Positions 51,427 through 61,239 of a stretch of DNA of 64,000 nucleotides are shown here, piece by piece. The translations under genes and the position numbers were made by a program. How positions within the stretch are numbered: position 1 is the stretch's first letter; each line of letters begins with the position of its first letter. A model generated the notes under the pieces. It worked only from the letters and a program-made list of their open reading frames with translations, did no database searches and was not told the origin of the DNA. The DNA is from an uncultured Acidobacteriaceae bacterium (GTDB lineage: Bacteria; Acidobacteriota; Terriglobia; Terriglobales; Acidobacteriaceae). The stretch is from assembly GCA_964243475.1 (NCBI GenBank), contig CAXTEU010000002.1:15758-79757 (forward strand), in the 5' to 3' direction.

Positions 51427-51879
51427 ATGTACCAGAACAAAGTCACCCTCATCGGCTTCCTCGGCAACGACGCAGAAGTTCGCACCAACGACAACCGCAG
51501 CTTCACCACTCTCTCGCTGGCAACCAAGAGTTCCTACAAGAAGGACGGCCAGTACATATCGCACACCGAATGGCACCGTTGCGTGATCTTCGGCAAGCTG
51601 AGTGAGTTCGCCGGCACGCTGAAGAAGGGCGCTCATCTGCAGGTGGCAGGCGAGCTGCGCAGCCGGGAGTACGAGACCAAGAAGGTCGGCAAGAAGCCAG
51701 CCCTGAAGAAGACCATCTGGGAAATCCGGGTGAACTCGATTCTCAAGCTGGACCGGGCCGAGAAGGCCAGCCCGGAGGAGCAGGATGGAACTCCCAACTC
51801 AATCTGGAAGGGGCCGCATAAGCCGCTTTCCTTCCATCAACTCGGGAGCTCGGTAGAAGCCGGGCTTCCCAACCTGTGA
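51427..51879 (+). CDS. ssb: Single-stranded DNA-binding protein
   Basis: NKVTLIGFLGND, TEWHRCV, LKKGAHLQVAGELRSREY; C-terminal tail may be frameshifted. Confidence 0.9.
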   Translation: MYQNKVTLIGFLGNDAEVRTNDNRSFTTLSLATKSSYKKDGQYISHTEWHRCVIFGKLSEFAGTLKKGAHLQVAGELRSREYETKKVGKKPALKKTIWEIRVNSILKLDRAEKASPEEQDGTPNSIWKGPHKPLSFHQLGSSVEAGLPNL

Positions 51880-51889
51880 GACGTCCGCA

Positions 51890-53038
51890 ATGAACACGCA
51901 GACCGCATCCGAGTTCATAACCCGATGCTTCCACCCCGGAGGAACGATTGCCATTCTCCTCCGCAAGGAGAACCCGGCGTCTACGACGCAGCGCACCGTT
52001 CGATTGGAGCAGGCGCTCGGGGCCAGCTATCTCGCTTGGCTGCGCTATGAGAATCGAAACGGAGCAAATGTCTATGTCGCCGCCAATCCGCTGTTAGCTG
52101 GCAGTCGGAAGAGGACCAAGGATTGCATCGCGGAAGTTCGTCACCTTTACATCGACATCGACGTAGACGGTGAGGAGCGAATCGCCGCGCTTCGAACTTC
52201 CAATGCAGTACCCGAGCCGAGCATGATCCTCTCGACTTCGCCCGGCAAGTACCAGGCACTTTGGAGGGTCGAAGGCTTCGACTTCGATCAGCAGGAGAAC
52301 ACTCTGAAGTTGCTGGTAATCGCCTTTGGTGGCGACTCCGCTTGCACCGACCGCAACCGCGTTCTCCGAGTGCCAGGATTCCGCAACTGCAAATACGATC
52401 CTGCTCACCTGGTCACAGTCGAATATCCCAGCGACTCCACCTATCGTCCTACGGACTTCCGGCTGGATGATTCGGTTCTCGACTGCGCACTCCCGCTCGT
52501 AGGGCCCGCACAAACATACCCGACCGGGAAGAACACCCATTCGGAACACGATTGGGCGTGGGCTGTCCAACAGCTTTCACTAGGCGAGGATGCCGCGAAG
52601 CTCACGCATGCGCTTGCTTCCCGCCGCTCGGATAAACCCAACCCGCTCTACTACGCCCAGCGCACGATCGACATCGCATCCGCGCGTTTATCGCTAATCG
52701 AAGGTATGGCGATTGAGGACGTAATCGCCATGTTGGAGAGTCGCCGTTCGGCTGAAGTTCCAGCTTCTCTTTGCTCTCCCCGTGCGCGGGAGATTGCGAC
52801 TACGGCACAGCGGATGATTGCCCGCCAACAGTTCACTTCACACCCAAAAGGAGAATCACCATGCCACTGCTTGAAGTCGTCCAAACCCGTCAGATCAGCG
52901 CGTCCATTCGGCTCACTGATACAACCGCTACGCAGGTCGATCAGTATGCAGCCTTCATCCGGGCTTGCGCCGACGATGTCGTCGAGCAAGCTCTCGCCTA
53001 CGTCTTCAGCAAAGACCGCGACTTCCAGGACTTCCTGA
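51890..53038 (+). CDS. RepB-like DNA primase domain protein
   Basis: LYIDID, STSPGKYQALW, DRNRVLRVPGF; the 3' end overlaps the next gene. Confidence 0.75.
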   Translation: MNTQTASEFITRCFHPGGTIAILLRKENPASTTQRTVRLEQALGASYLAWLRYENRNGANVYVAANPLLAGSRKRTKDCIAEVRHLYIDIDVDGEERIAALRTSNAVPEPSMILSTSPGKYQALWRVEGFDFDQQENTLKLLVIAFGGDSACTDRNRVLRVPGFRNCKYDPAHLVTVEYPSDSTYRPTDFRLDDSVLDCALPLVGPAQTYPTGKNTHSEHDWAWAVQQLSLGEDAAKLTHALASRRSDKPNPLYYAQRTIDIASARLSLIEGMAIEDVIAMLESRRSAEVPASLCSPRAREIATTAQRMIARQQFTSHPKGESPCHCLKSSKPVRSARPFGSLIQPLRRSISMQPSSGLAPTMSSSKLSPTSSAKTATSRTS

Positions 53039-53175
53039 AGACCCCGGAAGCCCGGAAGGTCGCTTCGACGTTGCGGATTCGGAAGGTCCCGGCAACTGAG
53101 GCTTGTCCTCCAGCTTCTCCGAAGACGATGCCTGCGCCTATCGCCGCTTCCGTATCCCAGGCAAAAAGCGCCTGA
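52861..53175 (+). CDS. Hypothetical protein
   Basis: AAGGAGA RBS before ATG 52861 (MPLLEVVQTRQISASIRL). Confidence 0.65.
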   Translation: MPLLEVVQTRQISASIRLTDTTATQVDQYAAFIRACADDVVEQALAYVFSKDRDFQDFLKTPEARKVASTLRIRKVPATEACPPASPKTMPAPIAASVSQAKSA

Positions 53176-53184
53176 TCCTCCATT

Positions 53185-53330
53185 TCATTCCGGGGCAAAG
53201 GCACTACGGTGCTACGCACCGGAAGAATGTTGACACTCCATCCCTCGTAGGGGCGTGCAAGTGTACTACGGTGCACTTGCCGTCACTTCAATGACATAGC
53301 GATCTAAGGTGCACCTACGGGCACCTGAGA
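53185..53330. promoter_or_regulatory. Candidate oriT with clustered hairpins
   Basis: Non-coding gap upstream of RHH-T4CP-relaxase containing several TAC(G)-loop inverted repeats. Confidence 0.55.
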
Positions 53331-53344
53331 CAACGGAGGTAAAC

Positions 53345-53749
53345 ATGGCAGTTTTGAACCCCAAATCGGCCCTTAATGTAACCGAAGAGCGTGCCGCACA
53401 TCGAGTATTCCCGGTCACAGCAAAGTTGACCAAGGACGAACGGAAGGCAGTCACCGACTTCGCTCGCTCCCATGGACTTGCTCGTGGGCAATGGATGCGC
53501 GACGTGATGCTTCGCGAACTCCACGAGGCATTGTTGCGCCAGGCAAGACCGAAAGATGACGACGCACTGTTCACCGAGCTCATCGCCACGAGAATGCTCA
53601 TGGTGAATCTCCTCAAGCCGCTCATCCTTGGCAAGCAGGTCTCGCAGGACTGGATTACGGAGGCAATGGCTGCGGTGCGCCGTGAGAAGCGAAAAGCGGC
53701 GCGCGACCTGATGCAGCAGTACACGGAAGAGACGGCAGGAGGGCAGTAA
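53345..53749 (+). CDS. RHH relaxosome accessory protein (TrwA-like position)
   Basis: GGAGG RBS; VTAKLTKDERKAV..RGQWMRDVML; directly before the coupling protein. Confidence 0.65.
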   Translation: MAVLNPKSALNVTEERAAHRVFPVTAKLTKDERKAVTDFARSHGLARGQWMRDVMLRELHEALLRQARPKDDDALFTELIATRMLMVNLLKPLILGKQVSQDWITEAMAAVRREKRKAARDLMQQYTEETAGGQ

Positions 53750-55953
53750 TGGCAACGCAATGGGGCAGGAAAGAGACGGTCATCTGGCCGGTCCATGTTC
53801 CGGTGATGAGCTATTCGGCGTTGGCGGTGGCGCTGCTCTGCACCTGCATGTTCATCTGGCAGCGGCTTCATTTCTCTCTGTCGCCGGTGCAGCAGAGCTA
53901 CATCACCGAGTACATCCGCTCGCAGGTCGGCGCGAAGTTCAACGCGCACGAGAACTACCGGCTCATCTACCTGGGCGGAGTGAAGATGTGCCCCCGACTA
54001 GCTCTGCCGGTGGACATCACCGAGGGCAAGACCACCCTGCCCGATGGCCGAGTCGTGCCCGTCGCGCTCGCTCCATTGACGACCGCGCAGGGCTATCGCT
54101 GGTACTTCCGCGCGCCGGAACGGAAGTTCTACGACGCCTCCATGCACCGTTGGCTGCGCGATGCCATCTATGGCGGCAAGGGAGTTCTGGAGCTGTTTGA
54201 ACTCAGCTTGATCGAGGGAGGCGTGTGCCTAGCCGCTATGCTTTGGTTCTCAGTTCCCAGCGACATCAACAGGTTCCGCGTCCTCAAGTACGGGCGGGTC
54301 CTGCGCGGCCCGGTGATGATGGCGCCGAGCGAGTTCAACGACGCCCAGCGGGCGGCGGAGCGTAAGATGCTCTCGCCTGAGAGCCTTCGCAAGTTGTCCT
54401 GCAAGTTGATGGGCAAGGAGCCGCCGCCGGCGGCGATGGGTATTGGCTTCAAGACAACGGAATGCCGGGAGTTGATGAGGATTCCAGCGCGCAAGGAGGC
54501 CCAGCACATCCAGATCATCGGCGACACCGGGACTGGAAAAAGCCAGCTCATCATGCAGATACTTCGCCAGATCAGAGATCGTGGCGAGGCAGCGATCGTC
54601 TACGATCCTGCTACCGAATTCGTGAAGCAATTCTATGACGAGAAGCGGGGCGACGTTGTGCTCAACCCGCTTGACGCCCGCTGCCCATTCTGGAGTCCAG
54701 CGAATGAGATCGAGCGGAACGCCGAGGCTGTCACCATAGCCGCGTCGCTCTATCAGCCGACGAGCATGAGCGTGAAGGACGAGTTCTTCTATCGCACTCC
54801 GGCGCAGATATTCTCCCATCTACTGAAGACAGGCCCGACGCCCCACGAGCTTGCCGCATGGATGGCGGACGAGGCCGAACTCCAGCGGCTTGTCGCCGGA
54901 ACCGAGATGGCGCACTACATCAACCGGAAGGCCGGCCCGCAGGCCACCGGTGTCCTCTCGTCGCTTGCTCTTGTGGCCCAGAGCTTGCGACTCCTCCCTC
55001 GCCAGAAAGACGCTCCCTATCTCTGGAACGCGACGGACTGGGCGCAGGAGCGCAAGGGCTGGATCTTCGTTACGTCGAAGAACACCGAGCGCGAGGTGTT
55101 GCGTCCGCTGCATTCGCTGTGGATCGACATCCTCGTCATGCGCCTGCTCAAGCGTCCGAAACCCGGACAGAAGAAGGTGTGGTTCGTGATCGACGAGCTG
55201 GCGAGTTTGCAGCGGCTTCCGCAATTGCATACCGCCATTACCGAGAGCCGGAAATCGAAGAATCCGCTCGTGCTCGGATTCCAAGGGAAAGCGCAGTTGG
55301 AAGACATCTACGGTCGTCTCGCGGAGGTTATGCTTTCGCAACCGGCCACCAAAATATTCATGCGAACAGGCGAGCCAAAGGCCGCGGAATGGATTTCGGA
55401 GTCCATCGGCAAGGTCGAAATCGAACGGTTGCGCGAGACGAAGTTCGACGGTTCGCGGGCAGGCAAGAACTTCACCGTGGACCGCCAGGTGGAACCGCTC
55501 GTCATGCCGTCTGAGATCGCCGGCTTGGAAGACCGACACGCTTATCTGAAGTTGGGGAACAACGTCGCCCGCTTCGTCTTCGACTTTATTGACTCGGCCG
55601 GTGAGACCGAAGAGTTCGTGGCCCGCAAGTCGGAGGACGACAAACTGGCGTTCGACCGCCGCACACTCGCGCCGCGCCGTCCCGGCCCTCCAAGTGTGGT
55701 TCCGGCTGACGACTCCGCTCCCGCGCCATCGTCGGCTGGGACAGGACGGGCTCAGCAGATAGAAGGACGTGCGATCGCATTGCCGGTACATCAACCGAAG
55801 ATCGGCGCGGAGAAGTCATCGACATTCGCCGAACGCACTCCCGCAATCACTGAAAATCGCGTCACCCCGGACATAGAGCCGTCCGAGGAAATGCCACCCA
55901 GACAACACGAGAAGCGCGATCACGAGATCGGGCTGGAACTGAATCACTCTTAG
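53749..55953 (+). CDS. Type IV coupling protein (TrwB/TraD-like)
   Basis: N-terminal TMs, IIGDTGTGKSQ, IVYDP, VWFVIDELASL, VLGFQ. Confidence 0.9.
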   Translation: MATQWGRKETVIWPVHVPVMSYSALAVALLCTCMFIWQRLHFSLSPVQQSYITEYIRSQVGAKFNAHENYRLIYLGGVKMCPRLALPVDITEGKTTLPDGRVVPVALAPLTTAQGYRWYFRAPERKFYDASMHRWLRDAIYGGKGVLELFELSLIEGGVCLAAMLWFSVPSDINRFRVLKYGRVLRGPVMMAPSEFNDAQRAAERKMLSPESLRKLSCKLMGKEPPPAAMGIGFKTTECRELMRIPARKEAQHIQIIGDTGTGKSQLIMQILRQIRDRGEAAIVYDPATEFVKQFYDEKRGDVVLNPLDARCPFWSPANEIERNAEAVTIAASLYQPTSMSVKDEFFYRTPAQIFSHLLKTGPTPHELAAWMADEAELQRLVAGTEMAHYINRKAGPQATGVLSSLALVAQSLRLLPRQKDAPYLWNATDWAQERKGWIFVTSKNTEREVLRPLHSLWIDILVMRLLKRPKPGQKKVWFVIDELASLQRLPQLHTAITESRKSKNPLVLGFQGKAQLEDIYGRLAEVMLSQPATKIFMRTGEPKAAEWISESIGKVEIERLRETKFDGSRAGKNFTVDRQVEPLVMPSEIAGLEDRHAYLKLGNNVARFVFDFIDSAGETEEFVARKSEDDKLAFDRRTLAPRRPGPPSVVPADDSAPAPSSAGTGRAQQIEGRAIALPVHQPKIGAEKSSTFAERTPAITENRVTPDIEPSEEMPPRQHEKRDHEIGLELNHS

Positions 55954-55955
55954 CC

Positions 55956-58757
55956 ATGTTGAATATTTCCAAAGCGTTGAACGCAGGGCAGGCCCAGAGC
56001 TATCACAAGCTGGAATTTACGTCTGAGACCCAGAACTACTACAAGCATGGCGAGACGGTGAGGGGCGAGTGGCAGGGCAAGCTCGCGGCATCGTTTGGTC
56101 TCAAGGGCGAAGTCGCGCCGCTTGAGTTCTCCCGGCTGGCAGAGGGCATTCATCCTCAGACCGAGAAGGCGATGGTCCGGCTTCGCGCGGCCCAGGAGTA
56201 CACGAACGCCGACGGCACGACGACCAAAGCCGTCGAGCATAGGGCCGGCTGGGATGCCACGTTTTCCGCGCCAAAGTCCGTCTCGCTCACGGCTCTGGTA
56301 GGCGGCGATGATCGCGTGCGCGAGGCGCACCGAGCCGCCGTCACGACTGCTTTGGATGAGTTGGAGCATTACACCCAAGCGCGGATTGGTGGCAACAATC
56401 CCGCCGAGACCACCGGCAAGTTCGTCGCCGCCAAGTTCGGGCACGACACCGCCCGTCCCGTGGACGGCTACGCCGCGCCGCAGCTCCACACCCACGCTGT
56501 AATCTTCAACGTCACAGAGCGGGCGGATGGTTCGACCCGCGCCTTGCAGGAACGCGCTTTCTTCGAGAGCCAGCAGTACGCGACCGCCGTCTACCAGTCC
56601 ACGCTCACCTACCAGTTACGCAATCTGGGGTATGAAATCGAGTCCGGCAGGAGCGGCGCCCCGGAGATAAAGGGATACTCGCAGGAGTATCTAGACGCTT
56701 CCAGCCCCCGGTCTCGGCAGATCAAAGAGCACCTTGCAAAGAGCGGCTACAGCAGCCCCGAGGCGGCGCAGATCGCGGCGCATTCCTCCCGCGACCGTAA
56801 GCAAGCGCTCTCTGCCGAGGAGGTTCTTGCCGCACACAAGGAGATGGCAGCCGCCTTCGGAAATCAACCTGAGCAGGTTGTGGCCGCCGCCCGCAACCGC
56901 GCCCTAGAGCAGGACAAAGAGCCAGTGCAAAAGAACGTCGCCAAAGAAGCCGTAACCTTCGCCCGCGACAGCATCTTCGAGCGTGAAGCTGTGGCGGACG
57001 AGCGGGCTATTCTCCGAGATGCCGTTCGGCGCGGCATGGGCGAGACCTCGTACCGCGACATCCGACAGGAGTTCGACAGGCGGCGGGATGCTGGCGAGTT
57101 CCGCTCAGTCCAAGGCATGAAGCACGACTCCGCGCGGAGCTTCACCACGCCCGAAACTATCGCCGCCGAACGTGCCAATATCCGCCATGTTGTGGAGGGC
57201 CGGAACACCGTCGAGCCGATGATGAATGCGGGGCGGGCGCGAGAACAAGCCAATACACGATCCTTCCTGAACAACTCCCAGCGGCGCGTCATTGAGGAGG
57301 TTCTGACCTCTTCTGACCGCATCCACGGTCTGCAGGGATTGGCAGGCACCGGGAAAACCACGACCCTCCAGACCATCCGCGAAGGAGCTGAAGCCACTGG
57401 CTACATCGTTGAAGGATTCGCTCCCACTTCCAAGGCAGCAGGGCAGCTCCGCGAGGCAGGAATCGAGGCAACAAATCTTCAGAGCTTCCTCGCACGAGGT
57501 CAGAATCATCCAAGTGCGGACACCGCTAATCGTCACCTTTACATGCTCGACGAATCGAGCCTGGCCAGTACCCGGCAAATGCGTTTGTTTCTCGGCAAGC
57601 TCAATCGAGACGACCGGGTTCTTGTCATCGGAGACACGCGGCAGCATCAGGGCGTGGACGCCGGACGGCCATTTCAGCAGATGCAGGAGGCCGGGATGCA
57701 GACCTCGCAACTTGACCAGATCATGCGCCAGAAAGACCCAGAATTGCTGAAAGCTGTTCAACACCTTGCCAGCAACGAAACTGTGAAGGGGATCGCCCTG
57801 CTGGCGGAGCAGGGCCGCGTCACCGAGATTCCAAACGGGCATGATCGCATCGCGGCCATCGCCGGGGACTACGCCGCGAATCCCGGGAACACGATCATCG
57901 TCTCCCCCGACAATCGGAGCCGCCAGCAGATCAACGAAGCAGTTCGAGCCGAGCTACGGAAAGGCGGCGGATTGGCTGATGACGGGCAAACGCTCCGCAC
58001 TCTCACGCACCGGTCAGATATGACCGGAGCAGACCGCACCTGGGCGGCGCGCTACAATCCCGGCGACGTTCTCCAATACAGCAATGGCAGCAAGGCCGAA
58101 CGGATCGAGCGTGGCAGCTTCACGATTGTGCAATCCGTCGATGCCCGCGCAAATACCGTCACCGTTTCGTTGGAAGGCGGCAAAACCGTCACCTACGACC
58201 CGCGCCGGCTGAAGGGCGTGAATGTCTTCCGGGAAGTCGAGCGTGAGTTCGCTGCGGGAGACCGCGTCCAGTTCACCGCACCCAACAAAGACCTCGGAGT
58301 CGCTAACCGCGACCTCGGAACCCTCGTCAGCCTTGAAGACGGTCAGATGTCCTTGCGAATGGACGGCAAGTCCGCCCGCACGGTCACGTTCGACACTGCG
58401 GAGTTCCGCCAGTTCGATCACGGCTACGCCGTCACCTCGCACAGCTCGCAGGGTCTCACAGCTGACCGCGTTCTCGCCCACATCGACACAGATTCATCCC
58501 ATAGTCTCATTAACAATCGGCTCGCCTATGTCGCCATTTCCCGCGCTTCGCACGACGCTCGAATTTATACCAACAACTCAAAAACTCTAGGAGAAAGACT
58601 GGCGACTGATGTCACCAAGACCGTGGCGCTGATCGCCGAGGAAAAAGGGGTTAAAGTGAAGGCCTCAAACTCTGAATCTATGGCGATTGGGGACGCCGCC
58701 GTGCACGCTCCGAAACTCCCAGAGTTTGACTTGGAAGGCTTCGGACTGGGGATCTAA
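55956..58757 (+). CDS. MOBF (TrwC/TraI-like) relaxase-helicase
   Basis: QNYY, DATFSAPKSVS, HDTARP, PQLHTH (HUH), GLAGTGKTT, DESSL, HSSQGLT. Confidence 0.93.
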   Translation: MLNISKALNAGQAQSYHKLEFTSETQNYYKHGETVRGEWQGKLAASFGLKGEVAPLEFSRLAEGIHPQTEKAMVRLRAAQEYTNADGTTTKAVEHRAGWDATFSAPKSVSLTALVGGDDRVREAHRAAVTTALDELEHYTQARIGGNNPAETTGKFVAAKFGHDTARPVDGYAAPQLHTHAVIFNVTERADGSTRALQERAFFESQQYATAVYQSTLTYQLRNLGYEIESGRSGAPEIKGYSQEYLDASSPRSRQIKEHLAKSGYSSPEAAQIAAHSSRDRKQALSAEEVLAAHKEMAAAFGNQPEQVVAAARNRALEQDKEPVQKNVAKEAVTFARDSIFEREAVADERAILRDAVRRGMGETSYRDIRQEFDRRRDAGEFRSVQGMKHDSARSFTTPETIAAERANIRHVVEGRNTVEPMMNAGRAREQANTRSFLNNSQRRVIEEVLTSSDRIHGLQGLAGTGKTTTLQTIREGAEATGYIVEGFAPTSKAAGQLREAGIEATNLQSFLARGQNHPSADTANRHLYMLDESSLASTRQMRLFLGKLNRDDRVLVIGDTRQHQGVDAGRPFQQMQEAGMQTSQLDQIMRQKDPELLKAVQHLASNETVKGIALLAEQGRVTEIPNGHDRIAAIAGDYAANPGNTIIVSPDNRSRQQINEAVRAELRKGGGLADDGQTLRTLTHRSDMTGADRTWAARYNPGDVLQYSNGSKAERIERGSFTIVQSVDARANTVTVSLEGGKTVTYDPRRLKGVNVFREVEREFAAGDRVQFTAPNKDLGVANRDLGTLVSLEDGQMSLRMDGKSARTVTFDTAEFRQFDHGYAVTSHSSQGLTADRVLAHIDTDSSHSLINNRLAYVAISRASHDARIYTNNSKTLGERLATDVTKTVALIAEEKGVKVKASNSESMAIGDAAVHAPKLPEFDLEGFGLGI

Positions 58758-58804
58758 CTACGAATAAGTCTCAGACCTACGAAGTCCATCCCGACTCAAG
58801 GTGT

Positions 58805-60742
58805 CTAGTTGAGCCACTGCTCGGGCACAAGTTTGACCCCGCTCCGCCAACGCTCGACAACCGCTTCGGCAAACCACTCCGTCTTGAGGTCAGCGTGATC
58901 CATAAGAATGACTTGCAACTCAGGATCAAGTTCGGCGGCAGCATCAGAAACGAGTTTGAAAAGCTCTAGGACAGCAGTCTGATCTTCGTTGCCCAATCCG
59001 TCGATAGAACCTTCGGCGTCTTTTTCCGGTGGATAATGAGCCTGGGATGGCTGGTCGAGGAATAAGAATGAAGGAACAGGACGCCCTTTCTGTCTAAACC
59101 ACTTGTGTAACGCCAGATGAGCAAGTACGTGATAACCCACCCAATTTTCACCGCTTCCCATGCGGAAGAGTGGGACCGGGCCGTTCAAAGTGTCCGCAAC
59201 GACCGTCAACGTCCTTGGCTCCAATCGGAGTTGGCTTCCGCGATGCTCTAAGTCCAGGCGAGTCGAATATTCGGTCATGTAGCTCCCGATGATATTAAGA
59301 AACGTTTCAAGTCTCTCTCTGGCGGCATCGGGATCGAGCTCTTGTTCGAGCATCGCAACTTTGCTGCGCGCAGCATCCAACATTGCAAGCAACGCCGAAC
59401 TTGCATCGACACTGCTCACAGTCTCAACATACTGTGTGATCTTACCGATCGCCCTTGCCTGCAAGACGAACGTTTCCTGTTGACCTCGAAGGAATTCGTT
59501 TTCCTGAATTCTTGTCGCAATCTGTCGTTGGTTTTCACGAAGGCGCTCTTGGATTGCAGCCGCCTCACGCTCTAGTCCTGCTAGGCGGGCCAAAAGACGT
59601 GGATTCTCCGCCTCAACCGCTTCCAGTTGTTGACGCAGTTGTTGAAGAGAGGAGTCGATCTGTAGAACGGTTGGAGCTGGTGCTTCCAAAACGCTATTGC
59701 AGACGGGACACTGCGCCGGATCATGGTCAGTCGCCTTTACAAGCCCCACTGAGCTAAGGCGGCCTCTCTGCTCCTTGACCTCACGCTCGTAGCCGTTGGT
59801 CTCGGTGGTGAAGTTACGGGTTGACCGGATTTCTACGTTGACTCTTTCCAATTCCGACCGAAGACCTTGTCTCTCGCTTCGGAGGTTTGCAAGAAGCTCA
59901 GCCTCATCCGCGATAACCATCTGGTCGCGAACACGCGCATCCTTGGCGATCTTGTTCAAAGCGTCAAGTGTCGCTTCATATGAAGTAGTTGCGGTCCGAT
60001 CATCGATCAGCCCCACGGCCTTAGCTTCATCCATGAGGGCTCGCGCCCGCGGAAAAGTATTTGTATCGATCGCCTCTGAGTCGCGAAGCTGTCTTTCGAG
60101 CTGACGCATCTCCTTGCGTGCTTGGTCCAGATGGGCTTGCTTGAGCAGATGATCTTCGTCAAATGCGCCGAGAAAATATGGCAGCGTGTCCTTTATCGCT
60201 GTGCCGATGAAATCTTCCCCTTGCCTATGGAACAACCTCTGTTTGCTGTCGATGTCGTTCTGATCTTGTATGCAAAAAAGCAACGAGTGCCGGAAATTTG
60301 CTTCGAGCGATGGGCGAGTAAATGCAACAGGGCGGTTCTCGTTCTCGCTGATACCCAGAGCCGCGCCCAAGAACTTCTCGACCGCGTCAACGGTTGTGTT
60401 CTTCTTCAGCGACTCAAATGCCGGAAGGCTGATCTGAGAAGCTCGCTCCATATAGATGTCACCGCTCGTGCGCTCGCCCAGCGCGGGATTTCTGCGTACG
60501 ATCAGAATCTCACCGTCGCCCAGGCGGAAGATGATGGCGTACCAGCCGACGTGCTCCCGAATCACGCCATCGGCGACATTGCATTCGCCCCTGCCGGTGC
60601 AGTAGTCGACGATGTCGATGATGGCGGACTTTCCAGTCTTCGAGGCACCTGTGATGATGTTGAGCTTGCCCAATCGGAAAGCGATCTCTCGAAGTTCGCC
60701 CTTCCGGCTGTAAAGAACCAATCTGGAGATTTGCAGGCTCAT
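58805..60742 (-). CDS. lmuB: Lamassu/DdmC-like SMC-type ABC ATPase (DUF3732-like)
   Basis: Walker A ITGASKTGKS, coiled coils, CPVC hook, MGSGENW, FLDQPSQ. Confidence 0.85.
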   Translation of the reverse strand: MSLQISRLVLYSRKGELREIAFRLGKLNIITGASKTGKSAIIDIVDYCTGRGECNVADGVIREHVGWYAIIFRLGDGEILIVRRNPALGERTSGDIYMERASQISLPAFESLKKNTTVDAVEKFLGAALGISENENRPVAFTRPSLEANFRHSLLFCIQDQNDIDSKQRLFHRQGEDFIGTAIKDTLPYFLGAFDEDHLLKQAHLDQARKEMRQLERQLRDSEAIDTNTFPRARALMDEAKAVGLIDDRTATTSYEATLDALNKIAKDARVRDQMVIADEAELLANLRSERQGLRSELERVNVEIRSTRNFTTETNGYEREVKEQRGRLSSVGLVKATDHDPAQCPVCNSVLEAPAPTVLQIDSSLQQLRQQLEAVEAENPRLLARLAGLEREAAAIQERLRENQRQIATRIQENEFLRGQQETFVLQARAIGKITQYVETVSSVDASSALLAMLDAARSKVAMLEQELDPDAARERLETFLNIIGSYMTEYSTRLDLEHRGSQLRLEPRTLTVVADTLNGPVPLFRMGSGENWVGYHVLAHLALHKWFRQKGRPVPSFLFLDQPSQAHYPPEKDAEGSIDGLGNEDQTAVLELFKLVSDAAAELDPELQVILMDHADLKTEWFAEAVVERWRSGVKLVPEQWLN

Positions 60743-61239
60743 GGAGTCACGCCCCATGCGGAAAAAATATTCGCTGTCGTACCTGTAGCGGCAAACCAGC
60801 GTCCCACGAAGCCAGAGCGATCTACACAGGCGCGCACCTCAACTGTGAAGAGCGGTGTTCTCGCCGGCGTCACACTTTTGCGGCCGGACCCTAATGTCAC
60901 CTCGCTATTCTCGGTCAAGGCCAGAATAGCGTTCTGCAATCCGAAGAGCACGGATTCGCGGCTGATTTCCCGAAGATACTTAACGCGCTCTGCGAAACCA
61001 ACGAGTTGTTCGCGGTTATCTTGCACCCAAGGCAAGAGCGCCGTCAGCGTTGAGTTCGGGAGCGCGTCACGCGTGGCTTCATGCAGGACAATCGGAAGAA
61101 TCAAAAATGTCACCGCAAACGGGAGAGGTCTGGTCGTCTTCTTTTTAAATTCGCTGACCGCCTCTGCAATCAGCATCGCACCGAAAGCGGGATTGAAGAG
61201 GTTCTTCTCTTCGACCACGCGATTTGTCCAAGGTCTCAC
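60739..61239 (-). CDS. lmuC: Lamassu middle component (LmuC/DdmB-like)
   Basis: LFNPAFGA..FLILPIVLH..LLPW; 4-nt overlaps with both neighbours. Confidence 0.8.
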   Translation of the reverse strand: MRPWTNRVVEEKNLFNPAFGAMLIAEAVSEFKKKTTRPLPFAVTFLILPIVLHEATRDALPNSTLTALLPWVQDNREQLVGFAERVKYLREISRESVLFGLQNAILALTENSEVTLGSGRKSVTPARTPLFTVEVRACVDRSGFVGRWFAATGTTANIFSAWGVTP

